Assembly: GCA_943356415.1 (NCBI GenBank)
Contig: CALREW010000002.1
Location: 128,325-192,324, forward strand
Direction: 5' to 3'
From: Candidatus Nomurabacteria bacterium
GTDB lineage: Bacteria > Patescibacteriota > Minisyncoccia > Phycocordibacterales > SBAW01
DNA length: 64,000 nt
This document shows positions 46,695-56,515 of this stretch, piece by piece (within the stretch, counting starts at the first letter, position 1; the number at the start of each line of letters is the position of its first letter). The position numbers and the translations under genes are program-made. The notes beneath the pieces were generated by a model, which saw only the letters and a list, made by a program, of their open reading frames with translations, did no database searches and had not been told where the DNA came from.

Positions 46695-48905
46695 TTAGGA
46701 GATGCGGGATGGGGCGCCACCGCGAGCGTCGATAATCGTCTTCGCCACGTTTGGTGGAACGATGTCGTAGCGATCAAACTCCATGGTGAAGCCGGCGCGA
46801 CCTTCTGTCATAGAACGCAAGGAGGTCATGTAGCCGAACATTTCAGAGAGCGGGACTTTCGCGACGAGCACTTTGTTCATGCCGCGATCCGTCATACTCT
46901 CGATCTGTCCGCGCTTTGAGTTCATTGAGCCAGCAACGTCACCCATGAATTTCTCTGGCGTGACGATTTCCACTTTCATAATCGGTTCGAGAATGACTGG
47001 CTTTGCGCGAGCTGCTGCTTCCTGGAATGCCATCGAGCCTGCAATTTTGAATGCGATTTCAGAGGAGTCCACATCGTGGTAGGAACCGTCGTAGAGTTCG
47101 ACTGAAATATCCACCATCTTGTAGCCAGCAACAATGCCGCGCTCCATAGCTTCGACGATACCCTTCTCAACAGCAGGGATGAATTCTTGCGGAATAACAC
47201 CTCCCTTGATGTTGTTGATGAACTCGAAGTGCGCTTCGCGCGTGATGTTCTTTGCGATTTTCTTTTCAGGATCAATCGCTTCAAGCGGCTTCATGCGTAT
47301 CTTCGCGTGTCCGTACTGACCACGACCACCCGTCTGCTTGATGTACTTAGCATCAGCCTCGCTTGAGCTCGTGATGGTCTCGCGGTACGCGACTTGCGGC
47401 TTGCCCACATTTGCTTCAACAGAGAACTCGCGCTTCATGCGGTCAACAAGAATCTCGAGGTGAAGCTCACCCATGCCTGCGATAAGGGTCTCGCCTGTTT
47501 CGGGATCAGAGGTAACGCGGAACGTTGGGTCTTCGTCGGAAAGTTTTTTGAGTGCCATACCCATTTTCTCTTGGTCAGCCTTGGTCTTTGGCTCGATGCG
47601 CATCGAGATAACCGGTTCAGGGAACTTAATCTGCTCGAGGATTATTGGGTTTGCTTCATCGCAGAGCGTGTGCGACGTTTTGGTCTCTTTAATACCTACC
47701 GCTGCAGCAATTTCTCCGGCAAAGACTTTCTTTACCTCTTCGCGGTCATTTGCCTGGAGGCGCACGATGCGGCCGAGGCGCTCTTTGTTCCCTGTGGTCG
47801 AGTTATAGATGTAGGAACCTGACTCGATGGTTCCGGAGTAGACACGGAAGAACGTCAGTTGGCCGACGAATGGGTCAGTTTGCAGTTTGAAGGCAAGCGC
47901 AGTGAACGGTTCGCTGTCAGATGCATGGCGTTCTATTTCCTCACCGGTGCGTGGGTCGATGCCTTTGACTGCCGGCATATCAAGCGGACTCGGGAGGTAA
48001 TCAACAACCGCATCAAGTACCAACTGCACACCTTTGTTTTTGAGAGCGGAACCGCAGTAAACCGGAAAGATTTTGTTTGCAATGACTGCCTTGCGAAGGA
48101 TTGATTTGAGGCGAGCCATATCCATCTCCTTTCCTTCAAGGTATTCATTCATCGCCTCATCGTCGTTCTCAACGATTTTTTCAACCATTTCAGCGCGATA
48201 TTTCTTGGCTTCATCCATCATGTCCGCAGGAATTTCCATTTCAACAACCGACTTACCCATGTCGCCTTCAAACTTGTAGGCCTTCATTTTCATAAGGTCC
48301 ACAATGCCCGAGAAGTTTTCTTCAAGGCCGATCGGAAGCTGCATGCGCACGGCACGCTTGTTGAGACGATCGAGAATGGACTGGTATGAGCGCTCGAATG
48401 AGGCGCCCATGCGATCTAGTTTGTTGATGAGACAGACGCGCGGAACATTGGCCTCGTCAGCGTAGCGCCAGTTTGTTTCCGACTGTGGCTCTACTCCTGC
48501 GACACCGTCAAAGACGACGATAGCGCCATCGAGCACACGCATCGAGCGCTTCACCTCTACGGTAAAGTCGATGTGCCCTGGGGTGTCGATGATATTGAAG
48601 CGATGCTTCTGTGACTTATCAGCCTGATCCACGTCGCTCTTAGTCCAGAAACAAGTAATAGCAGCGGCGGTGATGGTGATACCGCGTTCGCGTTCCTGTT
48701 CCATCCAGTCCGTCGTCGTCTCACCGTCGTGCACCTCGCCTATTTTGTGACTCTCTCCGGTGTAGTAGAGGATGCGTTCAGACGTGGTCGTCTTACCTGC
48801 ATCGATATGAGCGATGATTCCAAAATTGCGTACTTTCTCTAGGGGGTAGTCTCGGTCCATAGGTTGGTGAAAAATAAAAAAGCCCTGAACGTGCTTTGGA
48901 GACAA
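46695..48905 (-). CDS. fusA: elongation factor G
   Basis: [17 protein letters not shown] and NKLD motifs, followed by EF-G domains III-V. Confidence 0.95.
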   Translation of the reverse strand: MSPKHVQGFFIFHQPMDRDYPLEKVRNFGIIAHIDAGKTTTSERILYYTGESHKIGEVHDGETTTDWMEQERERGITITAAAITCFWTKSDVDQADKSQKHRFNIIDTPGHIDFTVEVKRSMRVLDGAIVVFDGVAGVEPQSETNWRYADEANVPRVCLINKLDRMGASFERSYQSILDRLNKRAVRMQLPIGLEENFSGIVDLMKMKAYKFEGDMGKSVVEMEIPADMMDEAKKYRAEMVEKIVENDDEAMNEYLEGKEMDMARLKSILRKAVIANKIFPVYCGSALKNKGVQLVLDAVVDYLPSPLDMPAVKGIDPRTGEEIERHASDSEPFTALAFKLQTDPFVGQLTFFRVYSGTIESGSYIYNSTTGNKERLGRIVRLQANDREEVKKVFAGEIAAAVGIKETKTSHTLCDEANPIILEQIKFPEPVISMRIEPKTKADQEKMGMALKKLSDEDPTFRVTSDPETGETLIAGMGELHLEILVDRMKREFSVEANVGKPQVAYRETITSSSEADAKYIKQTGGRGQYGHAKIRMKPLEAIDPEKKIAKNITREAHFEFINNIKGGVIPQEFIPAVEKGIVEAMERGIVAGYKMVDISVELYDGSYHDVDSSEIAFKIAGSMAFQEAAARAKPVILEPIMKVEIVTPEKFMGDVAGSMNSKRGQIESMTDRGMNKVLVAKVPLSEMFGYMTSLRSMTEGRAGFTMEFDRYDIVPPNVAKTIIDARGGAPSRIS

Positions 48906-49004
48906 TCTAACACACCGCTTCTAAAAAGAAAGCGGGCCTGCCATTCCCCGAAGGGAGCGGCAGGCCCGATGTTCGGCGGCTGTTTCAGCCGCGAAGGTCT
49001 GACA

Positions 49005-50510
49005 TCAGCACATCCTGCCGATGTCACAGTCGACGAACGTGTCGATGACCAAGTGAGGTTCGTGCGCACACCTCATGCTGCGGCGTTTTCCGTGAGAGAG
49101 GTTCACGCGCACTACCCTACAGCCAAGCTCGTGCGCGTAGAGAAGCTCGTGTTCAGGGTTGTCCCCGACCACGATCATATGTTCCGGCGGGAGACCAGAT
49201 TCATCGAGGAGGCGTTTGAGCCTCTCGCGCTTGTCTGCTCCCTTCTCGACGATATGAACGCTGTCGAACATATCGTTGATACCGAGAACCTCCAGCTTGC
49301 GCTCTTGGTACCCGATCTCACCTGCAGAAAGGAGGACCCTGCGGTGCCCGGCGTGCGAGAGTGCGCCGAGGAATTGCCGAGCGCCCGGTACCAATGTCAG
49401 AAACTCGATACGTCCGACATCGCCTTGGAGATCCTTGGTGGTGTTAGCCAACGTATCGTCGAGATCCACAACGAATATACGGGGTTCCACAGGCAGGCCT
49501 GGCTCCATGAGACCCATAACCGCGTGCGCGAGCCTGGTGCCGTCATGGTGGATGAGCCCTTGTTGTAGCGCTCGCTCGCTCACGAAGTCGCCCGTGACGA
49601 TGCGGTGTGTCGAACCCTTGAAGAGCAGTTCCTTTTCTCCAGCGTGGAGGATCACCGGTTCGGCTTTCTCCTCACGGAAGTATTTGTCGAGCATCGCCTT
49701 CGGGATGCGGCCTTCGTTGACGAGAATGGCATCGAACTTCTTGCGCCCGACCCCATACCGAAGCAGCGGCAGTTCCACGAAGTCCTTGGCTGAGAACCCG
49801 CGCGTTTCTGCATACTTCGTCATCAGGTTGACGATGTAGATCAGCTGGCCGGCAGATGCACTGATGGCGTCCGCGAGGCCGTCAACTAGTAGCAACGGTA
49901 TGATCGACGTGTAGAGGTCGCCCGGTCCGAGAACGATGACATCCGCTTCGCGAATAGCCTTGTCAGCCTCCGCGCAGATGTACGCGCTGCGATCTAGACG
50001 TACCCGAAGCACGTAGCGATCATCCTTGAGGCTGCGGGTGTCGATCAAACCCTCGCCCATCATTTCACTGCCATCGCTGAGTTCAGCAATGAGATGGCAG
50101 TCGTTGGTCGATATCGGATAGATGGAGGCCCTGCAGCCACACACCTTCGCGACAGCTTGCGACGCTTGACTGCGTCCGTACAGCTGCTCGCTCGCGGCGA
50201 GAATCAGATTGCCGAGGCTCCGATCCTTGAGCGGCGAACCTTGCCCCTCGGGGAAGCGATACGCCATGAAAGGCGCCATGGGGTTGGTGGTGTCCATGGT
50301 GGCAAGGATGAGCCGTCGAGCATCGCCCGGAGGCAACACTCCTTGTTCGGTCCTCAAATTGCCTGAATCGCCGCCGCTATCACCGATGTTGACGATGTGC
50401 GTCCGTTCACCGATGGCGAGGTCGCCAAAGCCGCGAGCGACATTGAACCCACCGGTGCCACCGGTGAGGGTAACAACGCGAAGATTGCGCCGAGCACGAA
50501 GTGGGCTCAT
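49005..50510 (-). CDS. YvcK/CofD-family (gluconeogenesis factor-like) domain fused to a C-terminal HAD-like hydrolase, high-GC cassette
   Basis: N-terminal VTLTGGTGGFNVARG and HIVNIGDSGGDSG match the UPF0052/CofD fold. The C-terminal part has FVVDLDDTLANT and VVGDNPEHELLYAHELG, which match HAD motifs I and III/IV. RBS aggaaagg. Start set at MSPLRARRN. Confidence 0.55.
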   Translation of the reverse strand: MSPLRARRNLRVVTLTGGTGGFNVARGFGDLAIGERTHIVNIGDSGGDSGNLRTEQGVLPPGDARRLILATMDTTNPMAPFMAYRFPEGQGSPLKDRSLGNLILAASEQLYGRSQASQAVAKVCGCRASIYPISTNDCHLIAELSDGSEMMGEGLIDTRSLKDDRYVLRVRLDRSAYICAEADKAIREADVIVLGPGDLYTSIIPLLLVDGLADAISASAGQLIYIVNLMTKYAETRGFSAKDFVELPLLRYGVGRKKFDAILVNEGRIPKAMLDKYFREEKAEPVILHAGEKELLFKGSTHRIVTGDFVSERALQQGLIHHDGTRLAHAVMGLMEPGLPVEPRIFVVDLDDTLANTTKDLQGDVGRIEFLTLVPGARQFLGALSHAGHRRVLLSAGEIGYQERKLEVLGINDMFDSVHIVEKGADKRERLKRLLDESGLPPEHMIVVGDNPEHELLYAHELGCRVVRVNLSHGKRRSMRCAHEPHLVIDTFVDCDIGRMC

Positions 50511-50596
50511 GGTCGTACCTTTCCTGTTGATGATGCGGTATTGAAGTAAGAGCTCCGAGGGCAAGCCTACCTGAGCAGACTTCTGCCTTCCAGTTC

Positions 50597-50628
50597 CAAA
50601 CGATAGAACCATCCTCACGTGAGGATGG
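50597..50628. repeat. 32-nt perfect palindrome centred on CACGTG
   Basis: The sequence atagaaccatcctcac|gtgaggatggttctat. A second imperfect palindrome, ggtaattttgcg-ag-cgcaaaattacc, overlaps the rpsG stop at 50655-50680. Confidence 0.8.
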
Positions 50629-50677
50629 TTCTATCGAAACCCTTCAACAACCTCAGGGTAATTTTGCGAGCGCAAAA

Positions 50678-51148
50678 TTACCAAGCAAAGTGGGCAAACG
50701 CTTTGTTGGCTTCTGCCATACGATGCGTATCCTCACGCTTCTTCACTGCAGCACCTTCGTTGTTGGACGCTGCAAGCAGTTCATCTGCAAGGCGCTTATG
50801 CATCGGCATACCTTTCTTTGAAGTAGCCGCATCGAGTATCCAGCGGTAGGTAAGAGCCGTGCGGCGCTCAGGACGCACTTCGCGCGGAACTTGGTAGTTA
50901 GCACCACCGACACGACGAGAACGAACCTCCATGAGCGGACCTACATTCTTTAGTGCGGCCTCAAAAATCTCGAGAGGATTGTCGGTCTTGGTCTTTTCTT
51001 TAATGTCATCGAGTGCACCGTAAACAATTTTTCGGGCAATGTGCTTCTTGCCGTCCTTCATGACGTAATTAACAAACTTCTCGATTTTTACCGAGTCGTA
51101 CTTGGAGTCAGCACCGACGATATTTCGATTTTTTACTTTGCGACGCAT
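50678..51148 (-). CDS. rpsG: 30S ribosomal protein S7
   Basis: MRRKVKNRNIVGADSKYDSVKIEKFVNYVMKDGKK. Confidence 0.95.
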   Translation of the reverse strand: MRRKVKNRNIVGADSKYDSVKIEKFVNYVMKDGKKHIARKIVYGALDDIKEKTKTDNPLEIFEAALKNVGPLMEVRSRRVGGANYQVPREVRPERRTALTYRWILDAATSKKGMPMHKRLADELLAASNNEGAAVKKREDTHRMAEANKAFAHFAW

Positions 51149-51153
51149 AGAAA

Positions 51154-51573
51154 TTATTTACCACCTGCCTTAGGACGCTTTACACCGTAGCGGCTGCGAG
51201 AAACTTTGCGGCCTTCAACAGCGCCTGCATCGAGACGGCCGCGTACCACTTGGTAACGAACGTTAATGTCCTTCACGCGACCTGCACGCACAACAACAAC
51301 GGAGTGCTCTTGGAGATTATGCTTCTCACCCGGAATATAGGCGGTGATTTCAGTTCCATTTGTGAGGCGCACGCGAGCAATCTTACGAATAGCTGAGTTC
51401 GGCTTGCGAGGAGTGACGGTTGTTACCTTAGTGCAGACGCCACGCTTGAAAGGAGACGGGTAGAACGTTGGTCGGTTCTTGAGCACGTTAAAACCGCGCT
51501 GGAGTGCCGGCGCTTTGGATTTCTTTATCTGCGATTTGCGTCCTTTGCGGACGAGTTGGCTGATGCGTGACAT
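51154..51573 (-). CDS. rpsL: 30S ribosomal protein S12
   Basis: [16 protein letters not shown]...[11 protein letters not shown]. Confidence 0.95.
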   Translation of the reverse strand: MSRISQLVRKGRKSQIKKSKAPALQRGFNVLKNRPTFYPSPFKRGVCTKVTTVTPRKPNSAIRKIARVRLTNGTEITAYIPGEKHNLQEHSVVVVRAGRVKDINVRYQVVRGRLDAGAVEGRKVSRSRYGVKRPKAGGK

Positions 51574-51633
51574 ACCTTGCGTGGAGCAATAAAAAACCGC
51601 CGTGAAGCGTGCCGCTACCTTATCAAAGCCTTC

Positions 51634-52281
51634 TTATAACTGCAATAGTGAGGTGCCTGTGAGGCCGCCGAAGAGACTGCCAAGAAGGGCGCTGAAGATA
51701 GGAGCAAAAAGGTAGAAGACGAGAAGCACGAGGGCAAAGCCCATAAAGGGTCCGAGAGCAGCAATTCGACGCTCAAACTCACGATATTTGAGATCAAGTC
51801 CTGGAGGCAATATGCCGCCGAGAACCTTTGCGCCATCAAGTGGCGGTACCGGTATCAAGTTAAAGAGACCCAGCATAAGGTTGATGTAGACCGCAAAACC
51901 AACAACTTCTAAAAATGCTGCAGAAAAACCACCACCGAAGAAACGAATACTGAGGCCAAGTACGATAGCTAAACAGAAGTTGGTGAGCGCACCAGCTGCA
52001 GCCACAAAGGCTTCAGCGTATCGACCCCGAAGATTGTATGGGTTGTACGGAACCGGCTTTGCGTACCCAAAAAGTATTGGGGAGTGCATCATAACCATAA
52101 GAGCCGGGAGCAGTACTGAACCGAATGGATCGATATGCTTCAGAGGATTAAGGGTGAGACGCCCTGCCATACGCGCCGTTGGGTCTCCAAGGAAGTTGGC
52201 GGCATAGCCATGAGCCACCTCATGGAGGACCGCTGATATAAGGAGGATGACGACTGCAACCAGGATTGAACTTAGTTCCAT
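51634..52281 (-). CDS. site-2 protease family (M50) zinc metalloprotease
   Basis: HEVAHG zinc motif in the first TM helix, with a polytopic membrane topology. Confidence 0.7.
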   Translation of the reverse strand: MELSSILVAVVILLISAVLHEVAHGYAANFLGDPTARMAGRLTLNPLKHIDPFGSVLLPALMVMMHSPILFGYAKPVPYNPYNLRGRYAEAFVAAAGALTNFCLAIVLGLSIRFFGGGFSAAFLEVVGFAVYINLMLGLFNLIPVPPLDGAKVLGGILPPGLDLKYREFERRIAALGPFMGFALVLLVFYLFAPIFSALLGSLFGGLTGTSLLQL

Positions 52282-52399
52282 TCCGAATAGTTTATAGGCA
52301 CTGGGCGCTAGGCGCTAGCTACTTCCTATAGCCTAACCGCCTAGTCTCAGCTCCCCTCTCTTCCAATCGGAGGACCGCTGTGATACGGTATCTGACGTT

Positions 52400-52642
52400 A
52401 TGGCACGCGTATGCGAAGTCACAAAAAAGGGCTCGATCGTTGGCGGCGGCTACAGTAATCGCACTCGTGCGACGAAGTTCAACCCGACCGGCAAAGTTCG
52501 CAAACAGCCCAACCTCCAAAAGAAGCGCATTTTTGTGCCTGAGCTTAATCGTTCAATTATGCTGACCCTCTCCACCTCAGCGTTGCGCACCATCCAAAAG
52601 CGCGGAGCGTACGTCACCCTCAAAAAAGCAGGTCTTATTTAA
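52400..52642 (+). CDS. rpmB: 50S ribosomal protein L28
   Basis: MARVCEVTKKGSIVGGGYSNRTRATKF...FVPELNRS. Confidence 0.8.
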   Translation: MARVCEVTKKGSIVGGGYSNRTRATKFNPTGKVRKQPNLQKKRIFVPELNRSIMLTLSTSALRTIQKRGAYVTLKKAGLI

Positions 52643-52663
52643 GAAATCAACGTGTGAGACGCG

Positions 52664-52706
52664 AAACGGCCCGCCCCTGTTTAAGGGCGGGCCGTTTCCT
52701 TTTGCG
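52664..52706. terminator. bidirectional GC-rich terminator between rpmB and gmk
   Basis: Hairpin aaacggcccgccc-ctgtttaa-gggcgggccgttt followed by cctttt. Confidence 0.7.
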
Positions 52707-52717
52707 CCTCACGGCGC

Positions 52718-53308
52718 TCAAGGTCTGGTGAAGAACTCTGAAGCGAGCCTCTGAATGCGCTCCACGTCGAAGCGCGCATCCAGGAAATTGTACGGCACAC
52801 CCGACTGAGACGCTTCCGCACGCCAAGTCCGGCATTCGGCGATGTCTCGCTCGACATGCCGTTCGCCACGCGTTTCAAGCCGTGTGCGTAACATCACCTC
52901 ATCAGCAATATCGAGAAAGAGGAATCGAACCATCCTCTCCTTGCCGATGGATTGTGCGAAGCGGAGCAGGTCCTTGGCGTTGTCGACGGAAATATCGGCT
53001 ACCGCGAGCGGCCCACTATCACTTAAGGCCTGCTTAACCGACATCTTCGTCGCGCCATGGAGATATCCTCCTCGCTCAAACTGCCAGAGTATCTCCTTAG
53101 ACGCGATGCGCTTTTGGAACTCCGCGGAGGTGGTGTATTCGTACGCGCTAGGGGTATCAGAAGGCCGAGCCGGACGTGTCGTGATGCGAACGAGTGGCGC
53201 AGCTTTCGGGAAGATATTGAGCAGTCCCTGCTGCAGGGTGGTCTTTCCAGCACCTGCAGGGCCGCTGATAACCCAAATGCCGCTCTGCGGCACAGCAAAG
53301 TGACGCAT
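52718..53308 (-). CDS. gmk: guanylate kinase-like protein
   Basis: P-loop GPAGAGKTTL and ITTRPARP, matching the TTRxPR guanylate kinase motif. GC is moderately elevated. Confidence 0.65.
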   Translation of the reverse strand: MRHFAVPQSGIWVISGPAGAGKTTLQQGLLNIFPKAAPLVRITTRPARPSDTPSAYEYTTSAEFQKRIASKEILWQFERGGYLHGATKMSVKQALSDSGPLAVADISVDNAKDLLRFAQSIGKERMVRFLFLDIADEVMLRTRLETRGERHVERDIAECRTWRAEASQSGVPYNFLDARFDVERIQRLASEFFTRP

Positions 53309-53366
53309 GGTGTAACACCTTGAGTTGTTTCAACCAAACCTAGTAATACAACTCGAATAAAGCGTG

Positions 53367-54248
53367 TCAACGTTTACTCCACACCTTTCCATCAGAGGTA
53401 AATTCAATAGTTCCATCTTTGCACGTCCATAGATACGGAATTTTGTGCGCAGCGAGACGCTCCAATACTTCCTTGTGAGGATGCCCATAGGAGTTGTCGC
53501 AGCCTGCAGAAACAATAGCGACGTCAGGGTCGACCATCGCAAGTAATTTTTCTCCACTTGAAGTGCGGGAACCGTGGTGACCGAGTTTTAGTATCTGACT
53601 TTTGAGTTTTTCTCCATCAAGTGCTGTCACAAAATCTTCGACGGGCACGACGGTATCACCCATAAGCATGACGCGTGTATCACCATAGACCAATTGCATG
53701 ATGAGAGACCCTGGATTGCTGTCGAGAGCAGCCACGTCGCGGTCAGGAAAAAGAACTTTGAGGTACGCTCCACCGCCGAGGTCTATCGTTTCGCTACGCT
53801 TTGGAAATGTGCGCGAAACTCCTTCGCTTTCAACCGCCTTTACAAGCGCGTTGTACATCGGCGAGTCTTTTGCGGTTCCTGATTCAAATTCTCGTGCAAC
53901 GTCATACCGTTTGAGAACATCAAGAAATCCCGCGAAATGATCTTGATCCGGATTGGTGACAATAATTGCATCGAGGGAGCGATCCCATAGCGGCATAACG
54001 CCACTTAGTTCACGAACTACCGAGGAGTCCGGGCCGCCGTCGACCACAACCTGTGTACCTGTTGGTGATTCGATAAAAATGGCATCCCCTTGCCCAACAT
54101 CAAGAAATGCGACCGTGAGTTTTCCGTTTCTATCATTAGAAGAAAACAAAACGGTTAGTGAAGCAGCACACACGAGAACGAGAAGTGCGAGAAGGAGTGC
54201 GGGCATGTATCGTCTTGCCAACAAAGTCATGCGCAAAAGTATACCCAT
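53367..54248 (-). CDS. ComEC-associated MBL-fold metallo-hydrolase domain protein (stand-alone)
   Basis: N-terminal TM, then VGQGDAIFIE, NPDQDHFAG and LGHHGS metallo-beta-lactamase motifs typical of the ComEC C-terminal domain. Confidence 0.7.
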   Translation of the reverse strand: MGILLRMTLLARRYMPALLLALLVLVCAASLTVLFSSNDRNGKLTVAFLDVGQGDAIFIESPTGTQVVVDGGPDSSVVRELSGVMPLWDRSLDAIIVTNPDQDHFAGFLDVLKRYDVAREFESGTAKDSPMYNALVKAVESEGVSRTFPKRSETIDLGGGAYLKVLFPDRDVAALDSNPGSLIMQLVYGDTRVMLMGDTVVPVEDFVTALDGEKLKSQILKLGHHGSRTSSGEKLLAMVDPDVAIVSAGCDNSYGHPHKEVLERLAAHKIPYLWTCKDGTIEFTSDGKVWSKR

Positions 54249-54294
54249 AAACTGCCTCGCGCCCGCCGATTACCTCGGCGGGCGCGCGTATTGT

Positions 54295-55293
54295 TCACTT
54301 CGACATCCTGTGGAAGTCGAAGAAATCGAAACCATGCCGGACGACCCTGTCGACTAACGAATAGGAGCCGTCGCGCATGAACTCCTCGGTGAGGATGTAA
54401 TCGGGAATGACCCCATGAGCCTCCCGCAAAGTTGGCCATTTACCGTTGCCGACGATCACCTCACCCACCGTCACGCTCACCTCGACATGACGCTCTGGCG
54501 GGAAATAGGCCATCTGGTAGGCCGACTTCCCGAACGTCTGACGGCCCATGATACGTACACCGATGGGATTGGCTTGCCTCGCGTATGCAGCAAGCATCTC
54601 ACCGGCAGATGCCGTGCGCCCATCAACGAGGATGAGCGTCTGACGTCCGTGCAGCATGCCGCGAGCTTGTGCGTAGTACGGTTGGGAGTCTCGCGCCGTC
54701 CGATCAGTCATCACCAAGGCTCCACGGCCTGGCGCAAAGAGCCCAGCGAGGCCGATCATTTCATCGAACATTCCCCCAGGAGAGCTCCGGAGGTCGAGGA
54801 TGAGCTTGTCGGTTTGCTCCATCGCCGCAAGGACCGAGTACGCCTTTTCGTACGTACCTAGCGTTCCAAAGTGATGGATCGCTAGGTACTGGATGCCGGG
54901 CACGCGATCGTGGATGACGCCTGCTCCAACCTTCAAATTGGAGTGAGCCGATGTGGTCGGCTGGTAATTTGGCTGGCTGGCGTTCAGGGCCTGGAGGAAC
55001 CAGCTCTCGTGCAGCGGAAGAATGCGGCTGTATTGGTCCATGCATCCTTCTTTTTGCAATTGCTCCACCAGCTTGAGGGTACTCTGGCCCGCATTCGCGC
55101 GGCAGTACAGGTCAGCCAATTTTGGCATGCACTCTGTCCTGACCGGATGGAGAGCGATGCGCGCAAATTGCGCAATCAGGTCGTTCTCCCCGCAGTCCCG
55201 AAACAAAGTGTCTTGTGCCAGCGTCCGACCAGGGCACAACATGACGATAACGGCAGCAAGTGCCGCCAAGCAAACGCTCGCGAACCGCTTCAT
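54295..55293 (-). CDS. secreted S41-family peptidase (C-terminal processing protease-like), elevated GC
   Basis: Signal peptide, then LILDLRSSPGGMFDEMIGLAGLF and LVDGRTASAGEMLA...GRQTFGKS, which carry the Ser/Lys dyad context. Confidence 0.65.
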   Translation of the reverse strand: MKRFASVCLAALAAVIVMLCPGRTLAQDTLFRDCGENDLIAQFARIALHPVRTECMPKLADLYCRANAGQSTLKLVEQLQKEGCMDQYSRILPLHESWFLQALNASQPNYQPTTSAHSNLKVGAGVIHDRVPGIQYLAIHHFGTLGTYEKAYSVLAAMEQTDKLILDLRSSPGGMFDEMIGLAGLFAPGRGALVMTDRTARDSQPYYAQARGMLHGRQTLILVDGRTASAGEMLAAYARQANPIGVRIMGRQTFGKSAYQMAYFPPERHVEVSVTVGEVIVGNGKWPTLREAHGVIPDYILTEEFMRDGSYSLVDRVVRHGFDFFDFHRMSK

Positions 55294-55451
55294 GTCTCAT
55301 CCCCCGCTCTAGAGTTTCCTGGAATTGAAAGGCCAGGTCCTCATATAGCGAACAACTGAAGTGCCATTCGCGCAACTGGATGTGTGAGGATACGTGAGGT
55401 ATGCTTTTTCCATAAGCATCCTCTTATCCTTGTAATTATTTCTCACTCTAT

Positions 55452-56048
55452 ATGACTTACCAAGAACAAAAATTCGAACTCCCCGCTCTCACTGGTATCT
55501 CTCCCAAGCAGCTCGAGGTACATCTCAAGCTGTATGCCGGTTATGTAAAGCATGTGAATGTGCTAAACGCGGTCATCGAAGCCTACAAAAAGACCGAGGA
55601 CGAGGGCGGTAAATATGCCCTATCCGAAGTAAAACGCCGCCTGGGTTTTGAATTCGACGGTATGCGCATGCACGAGCACTACTTCACGCAGTGGGAAAAA
55701 GGTCCCTCTGCACTCGCTGAAAACGGTGCCCTTGCTCTGGCACTCACTCGTCAATATGGCTCAGTCGATGCATTCCTCGCCGAATTCAAAGCCGTTGGCA
55801 TGATGCGCGGCATTGGCTGGGCAGTCCTCTATTTTGATCCAAAAGCTGGTCAGTTCCACACCGCATGGGTAGGCGATCACGAGTTCGGTCAGCTTTCAGG
55901 TCTTCCCGTTATCCTTGTAATGGACATGTGGGAACACGCGTTTATGGTGGATTACGTCCCGGCAGACAAGTCAAAATACGTTGAAGCATTCTTTGTGAAC
56001 CTCAATTGGTCAGTACCAGAGGAACGGTTTGCGCAAGCAAGCAAATAA
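55452..56048 (+). CDS. sod: Fe/Mn superoxide dismutase
   Basis: Metal ligands in LEVHLKLY and MHEHYFTQW, and the C-terminal DMWEHAFMVDY motif (D-x-W-E-H). Confidence 0.7.
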   Translation: MTYQEQKFELPALTGISPKQLEVHLKLYAGYVKHVNVLNAVIEAYKKTEDEGGKYALSEVKRRLGFEFDGMRMHEHYFTQWEKGPSALAENGALALALTRQYGSVDAFLAEFKAVGMMRGIGWAVLYFDPKAGQFHTAWVGDHEFGQLSGLPVILVMDMWEHAFMVDYVPADKSKYVEAFFVNLNWSVPEERFAQASK

Positions 56049-56092
56049 AGAATCCTCTCTAACAAAACACCCCGCGACTGCAGGGTGTTTTG

Positions 56093-56515
56093 TTATGAAA
56101 AGAGTGACGCAACTCGATCGTGCTCGTCAGGCAAAAGATCTGCAAACAGTTTTCCTTCGTGGACGTCGGCATTTGCGTAAAGTGTGTCTTCAAACGTACG
56201 CGGCATAACATGGAAGTGCACGTGATTAACTTTAAATTTACTTTCCGGAAGGAACGGGCGGTAATGCTGCCGCGTGTCGACGCCAGTCGCAAACGCAGCG
56301 AGCAAGCGCTCTTGTGCCAAGTTCACAAGTTTAAATATCCCGGCGAGTTCCTCAGTGCTCAGCTCCCACGGTCGCTCAACGTGTCTATGCGGTATAACGA
56401 GTGTATGCCCTTCAACTTTTCGAGGGTTGCTGAGCATTAAGTACGCAACATCGTTTTGCACGAGGATACGCTGTTTTGGTTCACAAAATGGACATTCCTG
56501 CGGCGTCTTTTCCAT
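56093..56515 (-). CDS. HIT-family hydrolase
   Basis: Histidine triad VNHVHFHVMPR. Confidence 0.8.
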   Translation of the reverse strand: MEKTPQECPFCEPKQRILVQNDVAYLMLSNPRKVEGHTLVIPHRHVERPWELSTEELAGIFKLVNLAQERLLAAFATGVDTRQHYRPFLPESKFKVNHVHFHVMPRTFEDTLYANADVHEGKLFADLLPDEHDRVASLFS

